From Acaryochloris thomasi RCC1774 (lineage in GTDB: Bacteria > Cyanobacteriota > Cyanobacteriia > Thermosynechococcales > Thermosynechococcaceae), in assembly GCF_003231495.1 (NCBI RefSeq), contig NZ_PQWO01000003.1, positions 180,001-212,000 on the forward strand: DNA of 32,000 bases, read 5' to 3'. Both the position numbers and the translations under genes were made by a program. Within the stretch, counting starts at the first letter, position 1. Each line of letters starts with the position of its first letter. The notes under the pieces are model-generated. The model ran no database searches, was not told the origin of the DNA, and worked only from the letters and a program-made list of their open reading frames with translations. Positions 28,283-32,000 of this stretch are shown here, one piece after another.

Positions 28283-28462
28283 CTACGACCAAGCCAAAAC
28301 AGCAAACAACACCAAAAAGAACCCCAGCATCGCTAGGCGGCCGTTCCAGAGCTCTGCATTGCGGGTCCATCCCCACTTCCATGCTTCATGATGCTCAACG
28401 GCTGCAGCCTCCACGACAGAATTTGACCTGGGATTGGCTTGGGTGGATAAGTTAGTGTACAT
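28283..28462 (-). CDS. hli: high-light-inducible protein (HLIP/Scp, one-helix CAB family)
   Basis: Not on the ORF track because it is 59 aa. My translation is MYTNLSTQANPRSNSVVEAAAVEHHEAWKWGWTRNAELWNGRLAMLGFFLVLFAVLAWS. The chlorophyll-binding motif AELWNGRLAMLGF is present. Confidence 0.8.
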   Translation of the reverse strand: MYTNLSTQANPRSNSVVEAAAVEHHEAWKWGWTRNAELWNGRLAMLGFFLVLFAVLAWS

Positions 28463-28628
28463 GAAGCAACTCTTAAACTGCAGTAGAAAGACAAAATCGG
28501 CAACAATTGCGGCAGCAGCTAAGCTGACACCGAAACCGCTTAAACTATCTTAACAAATTTATGTAAACTTGCTTACCCAGCGCCAAGCGTCGAACACGGA
28601 AGCAGAGATTAGTGCATTGACATCAGAT

Positions 28629-28748
28629 AAAGATAAACCCCTAGCCGTCTGCTTGGCTAAGGGTTTGGTGGGGTTGCTTAACCGTGGGGGTACACTGCTA
28701 AGCGTTATCTACAATTTAGCCTCCACTTGTGAAGAAGTCGGGAAAAAA
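28629..28748. repeat. 120-nt structured repeat, copy 1 (slightly diverged)
   Basis: Begins aaagataaacccctagccgtctgcttggctaaggg and ends gaagaagtcgggaaaaaa. Relative to copies 2 and 3 it has one stem mismatch and a 1-nt indel. Confidence 0.9.
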
Positions 28749-28869
28749 TCAGCCCATCTAACAGTGCACGTATTCATCAAGACTATTTAGTGGATGACAT
28801 CAGGCAATACAGTAACTGAAATCAATATTGGCAAAATGAAGAACTACCCCAGCTCAACGGACTACGGCT

Positions 28870-28990
28870 AAAGTTAAACCCCTAGCCGTCTGCTTGGCTA
28901 GGGGTTTGGTGGGGTTGCTTAACCGTGGGGGTACACTGCTAAGCGTTATTTACTAATTTAGCCTCCACTTGTGAAGAAGTCGGGAAAAAA
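28870..28990. repeat. 120-nt structured repeat, copy 2
   Basis: Identical to copy 3 over 120 nt. It has a 12-bp perfect hairpin aaacccctagcc / ggctaggggttt. Confidence 0.9.
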
Positions 28991-29007
28991 CGGGCAGAAC
29001 AAGAGAG

Positions 29008-29127
29008 AAAGTTAAACCCCTAGCCGTCTGCTTGGCTAGGGGTTTGGTGGGGTTGCTTAACCGTGGGGGTACACTGCTAAGCGTTATTTACTAATTTAGC
29101 CTCCACTTGTGAAGAAGTCGGGAAAAA
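29008..29127. repeat. 120-nt structured repeat, copy 3
   Basis: Identical to copy 2. It is separated from copy 2 by only 17 nt. Confidence 0.9.
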
Positions 29128-29272
29128 GCCAAGCCTTGCAAATCGAAATTGATACTGAAGCAACCTTCAGATTGTTCTAAATGCATAGAGTCAATCAATA
29201 ACGGTCTATTTTGGTGAAAACGACTATAATTAAAATAGTCAAAATTTAACCTAGCCATAAAGGTATTGAGAC

Positions 29273-30232
29273 GTGTTTACTGCTCTTCGTTCGTCGGACA
29301 CTGCGCTGCCCTTAGACTTAGTCTCAGCAATTCAAGAACTCAAGCGCGAGCTCAACGCCGTAGTTTTAGCTCACTATTACCAAGAGTCTGAAATACAGGA
29401 TGTTGCGGATTACATCGGTGACTCCTTGGGATTGTCTCGACAGGCAGCCAGCACCGATGCCGATGTGATTGTCTTTGCTGGCGTTCACTTCATGGCGGAG
29501 ACCGCGAAGATTCTCAATCCAAATAAGCTAGTACTGCTGCCGGATCTAGAGGCGGGTTGCTCTTTGGCAGATAGCTGCCCTCCCGATCAGTTTGCAGCTT
29601 TTAAGGCCGTTCACCCCGACCATTTGGTGATCTCTTACGTCAACTGCACTGCTGCGATTAAAGCAATGAGCGATATTATCTGTACTAGCTCTAATGCCGT
29701 ACAAATTGTGCAGCAAATTCCTGCAGAACAGCCCATTATCTTTGCCCCCGATAAAAATCTGGGTCGGTATGTGATGGCTCAGACCGGACGAGATCTGCTG
29801 CTTTGGGACGGAAGCTGTATTGTGCATGAGACTTTTTCTGAACGTAAGCTTATCGATTTAAAAGTTCAGCATCCTGAGGCAGAGGTTGTGGCCCACCCTG
29901 AATGTGAACCGACAATTTTGCGCCATGCCCATTTTGTGGGGTCGACAACAGCACTGCTCAACTACACGCAGCAAAGCCCCAAACAGGCGTTTATTGTGGC
30001 GACTGAATCCGGCATTTTGCATCAGATGCAGAAGCAGGCTCCAGGGAAAACCTATATTCCCGCCCCGCCAACACAGAATTGTGCCTGTAATGAATGTCCC
30101 TATATGCGCCTGAACACTCTAGAAAAGCTTTATACGGCCATGAAGGAACGCTCCCCTGAGATTACTTTGCCTGAAGAGGTGCGTGTTGCGGCTCTAAAAC
30201 CAATGGAGAGAATGTTAGAAATGAGTGCTTGA
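29273..30232 (+). CDS. nadA: quinolinate synthase
   Basis: 319 aa with NadA blocks [21 protein letters not shown] and the C-terminal CxxC-containing CNECPYM. GTG start. A TATAAT lies at 29225-29230 upstream. Confidence 0.9.
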   Translation: MFTALRSSDTALPLDLVSAIQELKRELNAVVLAHYYQESEIQDVADYIGDSLGLSRQAASTDADVIVFAGVHFMAETAKILNPNKLVLLPDLEAGCSLADSCPPDQFAAFKAVHPDHLVISYVNCTAAIKAMSDIICTSSNAVQIVQQIPAEQPIIFAPDKNLGRYVMAQTGRDLLLWDGSCIVHETFSERKLIDLKVQHPEAEVVAHPECEPTILRHAHFVGSTTALLNYTQQSPKQAFIVATESGILHQMQKQAPGKTYIPAPPTQNCACNECPYMRLNTLEKLYTAMKERSPEITLPEEVRVAALKPMERMLEMSA

Positions 30233-30264
30233 TTCAGCCCCAAAACATGGGGCAATAACTAACA

Positions 30265-30292
30265 CCCCCCGCAGCTCAAAAGCTGCGGGGGG
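30265..30292. terminator. bidirectional intrinsic terminator between nadA and tRNA-Leu
   Basis: Perfect 12-bp GC-rich stem ccccccgcagct / agctgcgggggg with loop caaa. It is followed by tattt on the plus strand and by tgttagttatt on the minus strand. Confidence 0.7.
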
Positions 30293-30299
30293 TATTTGA

Positions 30300-30381
30300 T
30301 GCGGATGGCGAGAATCGAACTCGCAAGGCTTACGCCACACGCCCCTCAAGCGTGCGTGTCTACCAATTCCACCACATCCGC
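30300..30381 (-). tRNA. tRNA-Leu(GAG)
   Basis: 82-nt cloverleaf built by hand: acceptor GCGGATG/CATCCGC, anticodon stem CACGC/GCGTG, loop TTGAGGG, long variable arm, T-loop GTTCGATTC. CCA is not encoded. Confidence 0.9.
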
Positions 30382-30650
30382 TCGCAATTTAACTAGCGAT
30401 TGAGTTTCAGAACTCTAGGCTAGTTCAGAAGCTCAATTAGTATACCAACATATTTCCAGTCCTGACCGCCATTTTGGGCGATGCTGTAGCGACATCTGCG
30501 AAATATACGTATGTAGGGAGTTTGAAGGCTGATGGCAACCGTCAAAAGTTCAGTGGTTTCCCCTTGGGCAATCTACTTGGGAGTGGCGATAGTGGTGTGA
30601 ACAGGTTATTTCACCTCTTTTGAACACATCTATTCTTCCCAGGCTCCCAA

Positions 30651-30869
30651 ATGTCAGTTTCTTTACAGCAGAAGTTTATTGAGTATCTACAAACCGAGCT
30701 AGATATACCGACTAACTCCATTACGGTTGTGCAGCGCTGTAGTGGCTACTGTCCAGGTCAGCTCCACATGCTCCTTTGGCAGTATGGGTTGATTACGCTG
30801 CAGCAGCTAGAACGAATTTTTGACTGGCTAGAGACGGCTGCGATGCCTGCGGTACCCGCAGAGCTATAG
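30651..30869 (+). CDS. small conserved cyanobacterial protein (DUF2949-like), paralogue of 7413-7622
   Basis: 72 aa with the core LLWQYGLITLQQLERIFDWLE. Confidence 0.55.
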   Translation: MSVSLQQKFIEYLQTELDIPTNSITVVQRCSGYCPGQLHMLLWQYGLITLQQLERIFDWLETAAMPAVPAEL

Positions 30870-30977
30870 AAATCGTCAGAAGTTGAGCGATTCAATAAAT
30901 ATTGAGTGAAAAACAGTACGGTCCCCTCATGATCTGCTCTTGGTCTGTTTCGAGGGTATGAAAGATGATGCTCAACG

Positions 30978-31520
30978 TCAGATTTTAGAGGTATGCCACT
31001 CTCCTGATTTCCCGCCCTGTTTGTGCAATAGATGAATGTTCTCAATGCGGATCGATTTTTCCAGTGCTTTGGCCATGTCGTAGAGGGTGAGTGCAGCAAT
31101 CGAAACAGCGGTCAGTGCTTCCATCTCTACGCCTGTCTCTGATTTCGTTTTCACGATTGCTTGAATAACATAGCCCGAGCGTTGGGCATCAGGGGTAATC
31201 TCAACCTTAATTTTCTGCAGCGGTAGGGGATGACAAAGGGGAATAAGCTGAGCTGTTTGCTTCGCTGCCATAATTCCGGCTAAACGGGCAGTGCCGAGAA
31301 CATCGCCTTTGGGAGCATTGCCAGCTTCAATAGCGGCAAAGGTTGCCGCGGACATCAGGACTTGCCCCTGTGCGATCGCAACTCTAGCAGTCACCACTTT
31401 TTCGGAGACATCGACCATATGGGCCTGCCCCTGAACATCTAGATGAGTGAGAGTAGGAGAGTCATCATGGGGGGGCTGAAAGCCAGGCCCACCATTCCCC
31501 TCTGTAAATTCTGTTGTCAT
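30978..31520 (-). CDS. moaC: cyclic pyranopterin monophosphate synthase
   Basis: [44 protein letters not shown] and GVEMEALTA are canonical MoaC blocks. Confidence 0.9.
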   Translation of the reverse strand: MTTEFTEGNGGPGFQPPHDDSPTLTHLDVQGQAHMVDVSEKVVTARVAIAQGQVLMSAATFAAIEAGNAPKGDVLGTARLAGIMAAKQTAQLIPLCHPLPLQKIKVEITPDAQRSGYVIQAIVKTKSETGVEMEALTAVSIAALTLYDMAKALEKSIRIENIHLLHKQGGKSGEWHTSKI

Positions 31521-31553
31521 AGGTACAGCTATGGTAAGATGGAGTTCCTCTGA

Positions 31554-31627
31554 GGGCTTGTAGCTCAGTGGACTAGAGCACGTGGCTACGGACCACGGTG
31601 TCGGGGGTTCGAATCCCTCCTAGCCCG
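31554..31627 (+). tRNA. tRNA-Arg(ACG)
   Basis: 74-nt cloverleaf: GGGCTTG acceptor, D-arm GCTC/GAGC, anticodon stem CGTGG/CCACG with loop CTACGGA, T-arm GGGGG-TTCGAAT-CCCTC. There is one U-U mismatch in the acceptor stem. Confidence 0.85.
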
Positions 31628-31725
31628 TTTGATTTGTCAGTATACGCTTTCCCCTTGATGTCGGTCAGATGTCTTGGGGGTTTTGCGTATTGGCCGCGTT
31701 TTTCAATTTTATTGCCGGCGAACCG

Positions 31726-32000
31726 CTATTCTAAATCCCGGATAAAATCTAAAAGCTGGTGAGCCATCGATAGCTTGCTACAGTTTGAAACTTCAAGCTG
31801 GCGACCGGTTTTATCAATCAGAGTGGCTTGATTCTGACTGCTGCCAAAGCCGCTGTTGGGCTGGTCTACCGGGTTAGTTGAGATCGCATCCAACCCTTTC
31901 CTCTGCAGCTTGTCTTTAGCCGGTGTCACAATATCTCCGGTCTGAGCCGCGAACCCAATCAGTCTCTGGTGGGGCTGTTTAAGCCGACTGAGTTCCGACA
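31726..32000 (-). CDS. coaBC: phosphopantothenoylcysteine decarboxylase / phosphopantothenate-cysteine ligase, C-terminal end (5'-partial, runs off the window)
   Basis: The frame stays open from 31929 to the window end. LIGFAAQTGDIV..A..KL..KGLDAISTNPV....GFGS..N matches the CoaB C-terminal pattern of Dfp proteins. Confidence 0.7.
   Translation of the reverse strand, partial: SELSRLKQPHQRLIGFAAQTGDIVTPAKDKLQRKGLDAISTNPVDQPNSGFGSSQNQATLIDKTGRQLEVSNCSKLSMAHQLLDFIRDLE

Noticed and set aside
28569-28790. 73-aa plus-strand ORF on the track
   Set aside because: It runs straight through repeat copy 1 and is not conserved in copies 2 and 3 as a reading frame. It is most likely a by-product of the repeat sequence.
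28629-29127. CRISPR array interpretation of the three repeats
   Set aside because: The units are ~120 nt, far longer than CRISPR repeats. The spacers are 121 nt and 17 nt, so they are not uniform. There are only three copies and no cas genes in the window.
28629-29272. NAD+ riboswitch (nadA-motif-like) leader of nadA
   Set aside because: The C-rich CAACCCC-type strings that prompted the idea are on the minus strand, while nadA is on the plus strand. The best nadA -10 candidate (TATAAT at 29225-29230) lies downstream of the array. I cannot reproduce the riboswitch consensus from memory well enough to claim a match. A cmsearch with RF03013 would settle it.

Overview
This is a cyanobacterial chromosomal window. 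The HIP1 octamer GCGATCGC recurs throughout, and it carries a petC-petA operon, an HLIP gene and DUF2949-/DUF3067-like proteins. I can support about 33 protein genes, one pseudogene, two tRNAs and several hairpin terminators. Housekeeping content: petCA preceded by a cytochrome-b6-like paralogue, the nadV-nadM NAD salvage pair, nadA, katG with a divergent Fur/PerR-like regulator, an LD-carboxypeptidase, pterin-4a-carbinolamine dehydratase, moaC, the 3' end of coaBC, tRNA-Leu(GAG) and tRNA-Arg(ACG). Roughly 8.6-21.4 kb looks accessory. It holds a Uma2 endonuclease and an exosortase-EpsI fusion next to a ~930-aa polytopic VIT/VWA protein ending in a PEP-CTERM signal. It also holds hicAB, a Hanks kinase separated from its membrane module by a single in-frame TGA, a decayed toxin beside an intact antitoxin, and a 939-aa haloalkane-dehalogenase-like / spondin-like / RTX fusion protein. 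Part of this material (8.6-16.5 kb) separates the ATPase and T components of an ECF transporter. The least explained signal is a triple, nearly identical 120-nt structured repeat in the hli-nadA intergenic region (28.6-29.1 kb), which looks like a tandem small-RNA gene array. All family assignments come from motif recognition by eye; no database search or folding program was run.
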